From the NCBI GenBank assembly GCA_964016885.1, contig OZ024744.1:127534001-127598000 (forward strand): a stretch of DNA of 64,000 bases, written 5' to 3'. Shown piece after piece: positions 24,401 to 35,400 of this stretch; the first letter of the stretch is position 1, and every line of letters starts with the position of its first letter. The notes beneath the pieces are model-generated. The model did no database searches and had not been told where the DNA came from. It worked only from the letters and a program-made list of their open reading frames with translations. Origin of the DNA: Eledone cirrhosa. Lineage: Eukaryota. Both the position numbers and the translations under genes were made by a program.

Positions 24401-26900
24401 GGGGTTAAGTTAAGTTGGGGTTAAATTAAGTTGGGGTTAAGTTAAGTTGGGGTTAATTTAAGTTGGGGTTAAGTTAAGTTGGGGTTAAGTTAAGTTGGAG
24501 TTAAGTCAAGTTGGGGTTAAGTCAAGTTGGGGTTAAGTCAAGTTGTGGTTAAGTCAAGTTGGGGTTAAGTTAAGTTGGGGTTAAGTTAAGTTGGGGTTAA
24601 GTTAAGTTGGGGGTAAGTTAAGTTGGGTGTAAGTTAAGTTGGGGTTCAGTTCAGTTGGGGTTAAGTTAAGTTGGGGTTAAGTTAAGCTGGGGGTAAGTTA
24701 AGTTGGGGTTAAGTTAAGTTGGGGTTAAGTTAAGTTGGGGTTAAGTTAAGTTGGAGTTAAGTTAAGTTGGAGTTAAGTTAAGTTGGGGTTAAGCTAAGTT
24801 GGGGTTAAGTTAAGTTGGGGTTAATTTAAGTTGGGGTTGAGTTAAGTTGGGGTTAAGTTAAGTTCGGGTTGAGTTAAGTTGGGGTTAAATTAAGTTGGGG
24901 TTAAGATAAGTTGGGGTTAAGTTAAGTTGGGGTTAATTTAAGTTGGGGTTGAGTTAATTTGGGTTTAAGTTAAGTTGGGCTTAACTTAAGTTGGGGTTAA
25001 GTTGGGGTTAAGTTAAGTTGGGGTTAAGTTGGGGTTAAGTTAAGTTGGGGGTAAGTTAAGTTGGGGGCAAGTTAAGTTGGGGTTAATTTAAGTTGGGGTT
25101 AAGTTAAGTTGGGGTTATGTTAAGTTGGGGTTAATTTAAGTTGGGGTTAAGTTAAGTTGGGGGTAACTTAAGTTGAGGGTAAGTTAAGTTGAGGGTAAGT
25201 TAAGTTGAGGGTAAGTTAAGTTGAGGTTAAGTTAAGTTGGGGTTAAGTTAAGTTGGGGGTAAGTTAAGTTGGGGGTAAGTTAAGTTGGGGTTAAGTTAAG
25301 TTGGGGGTAAGATAAGTTGGGGCTAAGTTAAGTTGGGGCTAAGTCAAGTTGGGGTTAAGTCAAGTTGAGGTTAACTTAAGTTGGGGTTAAGTTAAGTTGG
25401 GGTTAACTTAAGTTGGGGTTAAGGTAAGTTGGGGTTAAGTTAAGTTGGGGCTAAGTTAAGTTGGGGCTGAGTTAAGTTGGGGTTAAGTTGGGGTTAATTT
25501 AAGTTGGGGTTAAGTTAAGTTTCGGTTAAGTTAAGTTCGGGTTGAGTTAAGTTGGGGTTAAGTTAAGTTGGGGTTAATTTAAGTTGGGGTTAATTAAGTT
25601 GGGGTTAAGATAAGTTGGGGTTAAGTTAAGTTGGGGTTAAGTTAAGTTGGGGTTGAGTTAATTTGGGGTTAAGTTAAGTTGGGGTTAACTTAAGTTGGGG
25701 TTAAGTTAAGTTGGGGTTAAGTTAAGTTGGGGGTAAGTTAAGTTGGGGGCAAGTTGAGTTGGGGTTAAGTTAAGTTGGGGTTAAATTAAGGTGGGGGTAA
25801 GTTAAGTTGGGGGTAAGTTAAGTTGGGGTTAAGTTAAGTTGGGGTTAAGTTAAGTTGGGTTTAAGTTAAGTTGGGGCTAAGTTTAGTTGGGGCTAAGTTA
25901 AGTTGGGGCTGAGTTAAGTTGGGGTTAAGTTAAGTTGGGGTTGAGTTAAGTTGGGGTTATCTTAAGTTGGGGCTAAGTTGGTGTTAAGTTAAGTTGGGGT
26001 TAAATTAAGTTGGGGGTTAGTTAAGTTGGGGCAAGTTAAGTTGGGGTTAATTTAAGTTGGGGTTAAGTTAAGTTGGGGTTATGTTAAGTTGGGGGTAAGT
26101 TAAGTTGAGGGTAAGTTAAGTCGGGGTTAAGTTAAGTTGGGGTTAAATTAAGTTGGGGGTAAGTTAAGTTGGGGGTAAGTTAAGTTGGGGTTAAGTTAAG
26201 TTGGGGTTAAATTAAGTTGAGGTTAAGTTAAGTTGGGGGTAAGATAAGTTGGTCCTAAGTTAAGTTGGGGCTAAGTCAAGTTGGGGTTAAGTCAAGTTGA
26301 GGTTAACTTAAGTTGGGGTTAAGTTAAGTTGGGGTTAAGTTAAGTCGGGGTTAAGTTAAGTTGGGGTTAAGGTAAGTTGGGGTTATGTTAAGTTGGGGCT
26401 AAGTTAAGTTGGGGCTAAGTTAAGTTGGGGCTGAGTTAAGTTGGGGTTAAGTTAAGTTGGGGTTGAGTTAAGTTTGGGTTAAGTTAAGTTGGGGTTAATT
26501 TAAGTTGGGGTTAAGTTAAGTTGGGGTTAAGATAAGTTGGGGTTAAGTTAAGTTGGGGTTAAGTTAAGTTGGGGTTGAGTTAATTTGGGGTTAAGTTAAG
26601 TTGGGGTTAACTTAAGTTGGGGTTAAGTTGGGGTTAAGTTAAGTTGGGGTTAAGTTAAGTTGGGGGTAAGTTAAGTCGGGGTTAAGTTAAGTTGGGGTTT
26701 AGTTAAGTTGGGTTTAAGTTAAGTTGGGGCTAAGTTAAGTTGGGGCTAAGTTAAGTTGGGGCTGAGTTAAGTAGGGGGTAAGTTAAGTTGGGTGTAAGTT
26801 AAGTTGGGGTTCAGTTCAGTTGGGGTTAAGTTAAGTTGGGGTTAAGTTAAGCTGGGGTTAAGTTAAGTTGGGGTTAAGTTAAGTTGGGGTTAAGTTAAGT
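18421..26900 (+). repeat. About 2.5-copy higher-order repeat with periods of 3,376 and 3,168 bp
   Basis: Markers private to this zone: tttcgg 18976/22352/25520, tatct 19414/22790/25958, ttggtcc 19705/23081/26249. The spacings are +3,376 and then +3,168 for all three. Confidence 0.9.
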
Positions 26901-28240
26901 TGGGGTTAAGTTAAGTTGGGGTTGAGTTAAGTTGGGGTTAAGTTAAGTTGGGGGTAAGTTAAGTTGGGGGTAAGTTAAGTTGGGGGCAAGTTAAGTTGGG
27001 GTTAAGTTAAGTTCGGGTTAAGTTAAGTTGGGGTTAAGTTAAGTTAGGGTTAATTTCAGTTGGGGTTAACTTAAGTTGGGGTTAAGTTAAGTAAGGGTTA
27101 ATTTAAGTTGGGGTTATGTTAAGTTGGGGTTAAGTTAAGTTGGGGTTAAGTTAAGTTGGTGTTAAGTAAAGTTGGGGTTAAGTTAAGTTGTGGGTTAAGT
27201 TAAGTTGGGGTTAAGTTAAGTTGGGGTTAAGTTAAGTTGGTGTTAAGTAAAGTTGGGCTTAAGTTAAGTTGGGTTTGAGTTAAGTTGGGTCTAAGTTAAG
27301 TTAGGGTTAATTTAAGTTGGGGTTATGTTAAGTTGGGGTTAAGTTAAGTTGGGGCTAGGTTAAGTTGGGTCTAAGTTAAGTTGGGGTTAAGTTAAGTTGG
27401 GGTTAAGTTAAGTTGGGGTTAAATTAAGTTGGGGTTAAGTTAAGTTGGGGTTAAGCTAAGTTGGGGTTAAGTTAATTTGCGGTTAAGTTAGGTTGTTGGT
27501 TAATTTAAGTTGGGGGTAAGTTAAGTTGGGGGTAAGTTAAGTTGGGGTTAAGTTAAGTTGGGGTTAAGTTAAGTTGGGGTTAAGTTAAGTTGTGGTTAAG
27601 TTCAGTTGGGGTTAAGTTAAGTTGGGGTTAAGTTAAGCTGGGGGTAAGTTAAGTTGGGTGTAAGTTAAGTTGGGGTTAAGTTAAGTTGGGGTTAAGTTAA
27701 GTTGGGGTTAAATTAAGTTGGGGTTAAGTTAAGTTGGGGTTATGTTAAGTTGGGATTAAGTTAAGTTGGGGTTAAGATAAGTTGGGGTTAAGTTAAGTTG
27801 AGGTTAAGTTAAGTTGGAGTTAAGTTAAGTTGGGGTTAAGCTAAGTTGGGGTTAAGTTAATTTGCGGTTAAGTTAGGTTGTGGGTCAAGTTAAGTTGGGG
27901 TTAAGTTAAGCTGAGGTTAAGTTGGGGTAAGGTAAGTTGGGGGTAAGTTAAGTTGGGGTTAAGTTAAGTTGGGGTTAAGTTAAGTTGGGGTTAAGTTAAG
28001 TTGGGGTTGAGTTAAGTTGAGGTTGAGTTAAGTTGGGGTTAAGTTAAGTTGGGGTTAAGTTAAGTTGGGGTTAAGTTAAGTTGGGGTTAAGTTAAGTTGG
28101 GGGTAAGTTAAGTTGGGGGCAAGTTAAGTTGGGGTTAAGTTAAGTTGGGGTTAAGTTAAGTTGGGGTTAAGTTAAGTTGGGGTTAAGTTAAATTGGGGTT
28201 AAGTTAAGTTAGGGTTAATTTCAGTTGGGGTTATGTTAAG
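26660..28240 (+). repeat. Third copy of an approximately 1.6-kb block also found at about 8640-10210 and 16850-18420
   Basis: gtaagggtta at 9071/17281/27091 and ggttgttggt at 9471/17681/27491 (offsets +8,210 and +9,810). Confidence 0.85.
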
Positions 28241-29459
28241 TTGGGGTTAAGTTAAGTTGGGGTTAAGTTAAAGTTGGGGTTAAGTTAAGTTGGGGTAAAG
28301 TTAAGTTAGGGTTAAGTTAAGTTGGGGTTAAGTTAAGTTGGGGTTAAATTAAGTTGGTGTTAAGTTAAGTTGGGGTTAAGTTAAGTTGGGGTTAAATTAA
28401 GTTGGGGTTCACTTAAGTTGGGGTTAAATTAAGTTGGGGTTAAGTTAAGTTGGGGTTAGTTAAGTTGGGGTTAAGTTAAGTTGGGGTTAAGTTAAGTTGG
28501 GGTTAAGTTAAGTTGGGGTTAAGTTAAGTTGGCGTTAAGTTAAGTTGGGGTTAAGTTAAGTTGGGGTTAAATTAAGTTGGGGTTAAGTTAAGTTGGGGTT
28601 AATTTAAGTTGGGGTTAAGTTAAGTTGGGGTTAAGTTAAGTTGGAGTTAAGTCAAGTTGGGGTTAAGTCAAGTTGGGGTTAAGTCAAGTTGGGGTTAAGT
28701 CAAGTTGGGGTTCAGTTCAGTTGGGGTTAAGTGAAGTTGGGGTTAAGTTAAGATGGGGGTAAGTTAAGTTGGGGTTAAGTTAAGTTGGGGTTAAGTTAAG
28801 TTGGGGTTAAGTTAAGTTGGGGTTAAGTTAAGTTGGAGTTAAGTTAAGTTGGAGTTAAGTTAAGTTGGGGTTAAGCTAAGTTGGGGTTCAGTTAAGTTGG
28901 GGTTAAGTTAATTTGGGGCTGAGTTAAGTTGGGGTTAAGTTAAGTTCGGGTTGAGTTAAGTTGGGGTTAAGTTAAGTTGGGGTTAAGTTAAGTTGGGGTT
29001 AAGTTAAGTTGGGGTTAAGATAAGTTGGGGTTAAGTTAAGTTGGGGTTAATTTAAGTTGGGGTTGAGTTAATTTGGGTTTAAGTTAAGTTGGGCTTAATT
29101 TAAGTTGGGGTTAAGTTGGGGTTAAGTTAAGTTGGGGTTAAGTTAAGTTGGGGGTAAGTTAAGTTGGGGGCAAGTTAAGTTGGGGTTAATTTAAGTTGGG
29201 GTTAAGTTAAGTTGGGGTTATGTTAAGTTGGGGTTAAGTTAAGTTGGGGTTAAGTTAAGTTGGGGGTAACTTAAGTTGGGGTTAAGTTAAGTTGAGGGTA
29301 AGTTAAGTTGAAGGTAAGTTAAGTTGAGGTTAAGTTAAGTTGGGGTTAAGTTAAGTTGGGGGTAAGTTAAGTTGGGGGTAAGATAAGTTGGGGCTAAGTT
29401 AAGTTGGGGCTAAGTCAAGTTGGGGTTAAGTCAAGTTGAGGTTAACTTAAGTTGGGGTT

Positions 29460-32400
29460 AAGTTAAGTTGGGGCTAAGTTAAGTTGGGGTTAAGTTAAGT
29501 TGGCGTTAAGTTAAGTTGGGGTTAAGTTAAGTTGGGGTTAAGGTAAGTTGGGGTTAAGTTAAGTTGGGGTTCAGTTAAGTTGGGGTTAAGTTAATTTGGG
29601 GCTGAGTTAAGTTGGGGCTAAGTTAAGTTCGGGTTGAGTTAAGTTGGGGTTAAGTTAAGTTGGGGTTAAGTTAAGTTGGGGTTAAGTTAAGTTGGGGTTA
29701 AGATAAGTTGGGGTTAAGTTAAGTTGGGGTTAATTTAAGTTGGGGTTGAGTTAAGTTGGGGTTAAGTTAAGTTCGGGTTGAGTTAAGTTGGGGTTAAGTT
29801 AAGTTGGGGTTAAGTTAAGTTGGGGTTAAGTTAAGTTGGGGTTAAGATAAGTTGGGGTTAAGTTAAGTTGGGGTTAATTTAAGTTGGGGTTGAGTTAATT
29901 TGGGTTTAAGTTAAGTTGGGCTTAACTTAAGTTGGGGTTAAGTTGGGGTTAAGTTAAGTTGGGGTTAAGTTAAGTTGGGGTTAAGTTAAGTTGGGGGTAA
30001 GTTAAGTTGGGGGCAAGTTAAGTTGGGGTTAATTTAAGTTGGGGTTAAGTTAAGTTAGGGTTATGTTAAGTTGGGGTTAATTTAAGTTGGGGTTAAGTTA
30101 AGTTGGGGGTAACATAAGTTGAGGGTAAGTTAAGTTGAGGGTAAGTTAAGTTGAGGGTAAGTTAAGTTCAGGTTAAGTTAAGTTGGGGTTAAGTTAAGTT
30201 GGGGGTAAGTTAAGTTGGGGGTAAGTTAAGTTGGGGTTAAGTTAAGTTGGGGTTAAATTAAGTTGAGGTTAAGTTAATTTGGGCTTAAGTTAAGTTGGGG
30301 TTAAGTTAAGTTGGGGGTAAGATAAGTTGGGGCTAAGTTAAGTTGGGGCTAAGTCAAGTTGGGGTTAAGTCAAGTTGAGGTTAACTTAAGTTGGGGTTAA
30401 GTTAAGTTGGGGTTAAGTTAAGTTGGGGTTAAGGTAAGTTGGGGTTAAGTTAAGTTGGGGCTAAGTTAAGTTGGGGCTAAGTTAAGTTGGGGCTGAATTA
30501 AGTTGGGGTTAAGTTGGGGTTGAGTTAAGTTGGGGTTAAGTTAAGTTGGGATTAAGTTAAGTTGGGGTTAAGTTAAGTTCGGGTTGAGTTAAGTTGGGGT
30601 TAAGTTAAGTTGGGGTTAATTTAAGTTGGGGTTAAGTTAAGTTGGGGTTAAGATAAGTTGGGGTTAAGTTAAGTTGGGGTTAAGTTAAGTTGGGGTTGAG
30701 TTAAGTTGGGGGTAAGTTAAGTTGGGGGCAAGTTGAGTTGGGGTTAAGTTAAGTTGGGGTTAAGTTAAGGTGGGGGTAAGTTAAGTTGGGGGTAAGTTAA
30801 GTTGGGGGTAAGTTAAGTTGGGGTTAAGTTAAGTTGGGTTTAAGTTAAGTTGGGGCTAAGTTTAGTTGGGGTTAAGTTAAGTTGGGGGTAAGTTAAGTTG
30901 GGGTTGAGTTAAGTTGGGGTTAACTTAAGTTGGGGTTAAGTTGGGGTTAAGTTAAGTTGGGGTTAAATTAAGTTGGGGGTTAGTTAAGTTGGGGCAAGTT
31001 AAGTTGGGGTTAATTTAAGTTGGGGTTAAGTTAAGTTGGGGTTATGTTAAGTTGGGGTTAAGTTAAGTTGGGGTTAAGTTAAGTTGGGGGTAAGTTAAGT
31101 TGGGGTTAAGTTAAGTTGGGGGTAAGTTAAGTTGAGGGTAAGTTAAGTTGGGGTTAAGTTAAGTTGGGGTTAAATTAAGTTGGGGGTAAGTTAAGTTGGG
31201 GGTAAGTTAAGTTGGGGTTAAGTTAAGTTGGGGTTAAATTAAGTTGAGGTCAAGTTAAGTTGGGGTTAAGTTAAGTTGGGGTTAAGTTAAGTTGGGGGTA
31301 AGATAAGTTGGGGCTAAGTTAAGTTGGGGCTAAGTCAAGTTGGGGTTAAGTCAAGTTGAGGTTAACTTAAGTTGGGGTTAAGTTAAGTTGGGGTTAATTT
31401 AAGTTGGGGTTAAGTTAAGTTGGGGTTAAGGTAAGTTGGGGTTATGTTAAGTTGGGGCTAAGTTAAGTTGGGGCTAAGTTAAGTTGGGGCTGAGTTAAGT
31501 TGGGGTTAAGTTAAGTTGGGGTTGAGTTAAGTTGGGGTTAAGTTAAGTTGGGGTTAATTTAAGTTGGGGTTAAGTTAAGTTGGGGTTAAGATAAGTTGGG
31601 GTTAAGTTAAGTTGGGGTTACGTTAAGTTGGGGTTGAGTTAATTTGGGGTTAAGTTAAGTTGGGGTTAACTTAAGTTGAGGTTAAGTTGGGGTTAAGTTA
31701 AGTTGGGGGTAGGTTAAGTTGGGGGCAAGTTAAGTTGGGGTTAAGTTAAGTTGGGGTTAAGTTAAGTTGGGGGTAAGTTAAGTCGGGGTTAAGTTAAGTT
31801 GGGGTTAAGTTAAGTTGGGTTTAAGTTAAGTTGGGGCTAAGTTAAGTTGGGGCTAAGTTAAGTTGGGACTGAGTTAAGTTGGGGGTAAGTTAAGTTGGGT
31901 GTAAGTTAAGTTGGGGTTCAGTTCAGTTGGGGTTAAGTTAAGTTGGGGTTAAGTTAAGCTGGGGTTAAGTTAAGTTGGGGTTTAGTTAAGTTGGGGTTAA
32001 GTTAAGTTGGGGTTGAGTTAAGTTGGGGTTGAGTTAAGTTGGGGTTAAGTTAAGTTGGGGTTAAGTTAAGTTGGGGTTAAGTTAAGTTGGGGGTAAGTAA
32101 AATGGGGGCAAGTTAAGTTGGGGTTAAGTTAAGTTGGGGTTAAGTTAAGTTGGGGTTAAGTTAAGTTAGGGTTAATTTCAGTTGGGGTTAAGTTAAGTTG
32201 GGGTTAAGTTAAGTTAGGGTTAATTTAAGTTGGGGTTATGTTAAGTTGGGGTTAAGTTAAGTTGGGGTTAAGTTAAGTTGGTGTTAAGTAAAGTTGGGGT
32301 TAAGTTAAGTTGTGGGTTAAGTTAAGTTGGGGTTAAGTTAAGTTGGGGTTAAGTTAAGTTGGTGTTAAGTAAAGTTGGGCTTAAGTTAAGTTGGGTTTGA

Positions 32401-35400
32401 GTTAAGTTGGGGCTAAGTTAAGTTAGGGCTAAGTTAAGTTGGGGTTAAGTTAAGTTGGGGCTAGGTTAAGTTGGGTCTAAGTTAAGTTGGGGTTAAGTTA
32501 AGTTGGGGTTAAGTTAAGTTGGGGTTAAATTAAGTTGGGGTTGAGTTAAGTTGGGGTTGAGTTAAGTTGGGGTTAAGTTAAGTTGGGGTTAAGTTAAGTT
32601 GGGGGTAAGTTAGGTTGTGGGTTAAGTTAAGTTGGGGTTAAGTTAAGCTGGGGTTAAGTTGGGGTAAGTTAAGTTGGGGGTAAGTTAAGTTGGGGTTAAG
32701 TTAAGTTGGGGTTAAGTTAAGTTGGGGTTAAGTTAAGTTGGGGTTAAGTTAAGTTGGGGTTGAGTTAAGTTGGGGTTGAGTTAAGTTGGGGTTAAGTTAA
32801 GTTGGGGTTAAGTTAAGTTGGGGGTAAGTTAAGTTGGGGGCAAGTTAAGTTGGGGTTAAGTTAAGTTGGGGTTAAGTTAAGTTGGGGTTAAGTTAAGTTG
32901 GGGTTAAGTTAAGTTGGGGTTAAATTAAGTTGGGGTTAAGTTAAGTTGGGGTTAAGTTAAGTTGGGGTTAAATTAAGTTGGGGTTCAGTTAAGTTGGGGT
33001 TAAATTAAGTTGGGGTTAAGTTAAGTTGGGGTTAGTTAAGTTGGGGTTAAGTTAAGTTGGGGTTAATTTCAGTTGGGGTTATGTTAAGTTGGGGTTAAGT
33101 TAAGTTGGGGTTAAGTTAAAGTTGGGGTTAAGTTAAGTTGGGGTAAAGTTAAGTTAGGGTTAAGTTAAGTTGGGGTTAAGTTAAGTTGGGGTTAAATTAA
33201 GTTGGGGTTAAGTTAAGTTGGGGTTAAGTTAAGTTGGGGTTAAATTAAGTTGGGGTTCAGTTAAGTTGGGGTTAAATTAAGTTGGGGTTAAGTTAAGTTG
33301 GGGTTAGTTAAGTTGGGGTTAAGTTAAGTTGGGGTTAAGTTAAGTTGGGGTTAAGTTAAGTTGGGGTTAAGTTAAGTTGGCGTTAAGTTAAGTTGGGGTT
33401 AAGTTAAGTTGGGGTCAAATTAAGTTGGGGTTAAGTTAAGTTGGGGTTAATTTAAGTTGGGGTTAAGTTAAGTTGGGGTTAAGTTAAGTTGGAGTTAAGT
33501 CAAGTTGGGGCTAAGTCAAGTTGGGGTTAAGTCAAGTTGGGGTTAAGTTAAGTTGGGGGTAAGTTAAGTTGGGTGTAAGTTAAGTTGGGGTTAAGTTAAG
33601 TTGGGGTTCAGTTCAGTTGGGGTTAAGTGAAGTTGGGGTTAAGTTAAGATGGGGGTAAGTTAAGTTGGGGTTAAGTTAAGTTGGGGTTAAGTTAAGTTGG
33701 GGTTAAGTTAAGTTGGGGTTAAGTTAAGTTGGAGTTAAGTTAAGTTGGAGTTAAGTTAAGTTGGGGTTAAGCTAAGTTGGGGTTCAGTTAAGTTGGGGTT
33801 AAGTTAATTTGGGGCTAAGTTAAGTTGGGGTTAAGTTAAGTTCGGGTTGAGTTAAGTTGGGGTTAAGTTAAGTTGGGGTTAAGTTAAGTTGGGGTTAAGT
33901 TAAGTTGGGGTTAAGATAAGTTGAGGTTAAGTTAAGTTGGGGTTAATTTAAGTTGGGGTTGAGTTAATTTGGGTTTAAGTTAAGTTGGGCTTAATTTAAG
34001 TTGGGGTTAAGTTGGGCTTAATTTAAGTTGGGGTTAAGTTGGGGGTAAGTTAAGTTGGGGGCAAGTTAAGTTGGGGTTAATTTAAGTTGGGGTTAAGTTA
34101 AGTTGGGGTTATGTTAAGTTGGGGTTAAGTTAAGTTGGGGTTAAGTTAAGTTGGGGGTAACTTAAGTTGGGGTTAAGTTAAGTTGAGGGTAAGTTAAGTT
34201 GAAGGTAAGTTAAGTTGAGGTTAAGTTAAGTTGGGGTTAAGTTAAGTTGGGGGTAAGTTAAGTTGGGTGTAAGTTAAGTTGGGGTTAAGTTAAGTTGGGG
34301 TTAAATTAAGTTGAGGTTAAGTTAATTTGGGATTAAGTTAAGTTGGGGTTAAGTTAAGTTGGGGGTAAGATAAGTTGGGGCTAAGTTAAGTTGGGGCTAA
34401 GTCAAGTTGGGGTTAAGTCAAGTTGAGGTTAACTTAAGTTGGGGTTAAGTTAAGTTGGGGCTAAGTTAAGTTGGGGTTAAGGTAAGTTGGGGTTAAGTTA
34501 AGTTGGGGTTCAGTTAAGTTGGGGTTAAGTTAATTTGGGGCTGAGTTAAGTTGGGGTTAAGTTAAGTTCGGGTTGAGTTAAGTTGGGGTTAAGTTAAGTT
34601 GGGGTTAAGTTAAGTTGGGGTTAAGTTAAGTTGGGGTTAAGATAAGTTGGGGTTAAGTTAAGTTGGGGTTAATTTAAGTTGGGGTTGAGTTAAGTTGGGG
34701 TTAAGTTAAGTTCGGGTTGAGTTAAGTTGGGGTTAAGTTAAGTTGGGGTTAAGTTAAGTTGGGGTTAAGTTAAGTTGGGGTTAAGTTAAGTTGGGGGTAA
34801 CTTAAGTTGAGGGTAAGTTAAGTTGAGGGTAAGTTAAGTTGAGGGTAAGTTAAGTTCAGGTTAAGTTAAGTTGGGGTTAAGTTAAGTTGGGGGTAAGTTA
34901 AGTTGGGGGTAAGTTAAGTTGGGGTTAAGTTAAGTTGGGGTTAAATTAAGTTGAGGTTAAGTTAATTTGGGCTTAAGTTAAGTTGGGGTTAAGTTAAGTT
35001 GGGGGTAAGATAAGTTGGGGCTAAGTTAAGTTGGGGCTAAGTCAAGTTGGGGTTAAGTCAAGTTGAGGTTAACTTAAGTTGGGGTTAAGTTAAGTTGGGG
35101 TTAAGTTAAGTTGGGGTTAAGGTAAGTTGGGGTTAAGTTAAGTTGGGGCTAAGTTAAGTTGGGGCTAAGTTAAGTTGGGGCTGAGTTAAGTTGGGGTTAA
35201 GTTGGGGTTGAGTTAAGTTGGGGTTAAGTTAAGTTGGGATTAAGTTAAGTTGGGGTTAAGTTAAGTTCGGGTTGAGTTAAGTTGGGGTTAAGTTAAGTTG
35301 GGGTTAATTTAAGTTGGGTTAAGTTAAGTTGGGGTTAAGATAAGTTGGGGTTAAGTTAAGTTGGGGTTAAGTTAAGTTGGGGTTGAGTTAATTTGGGGTT

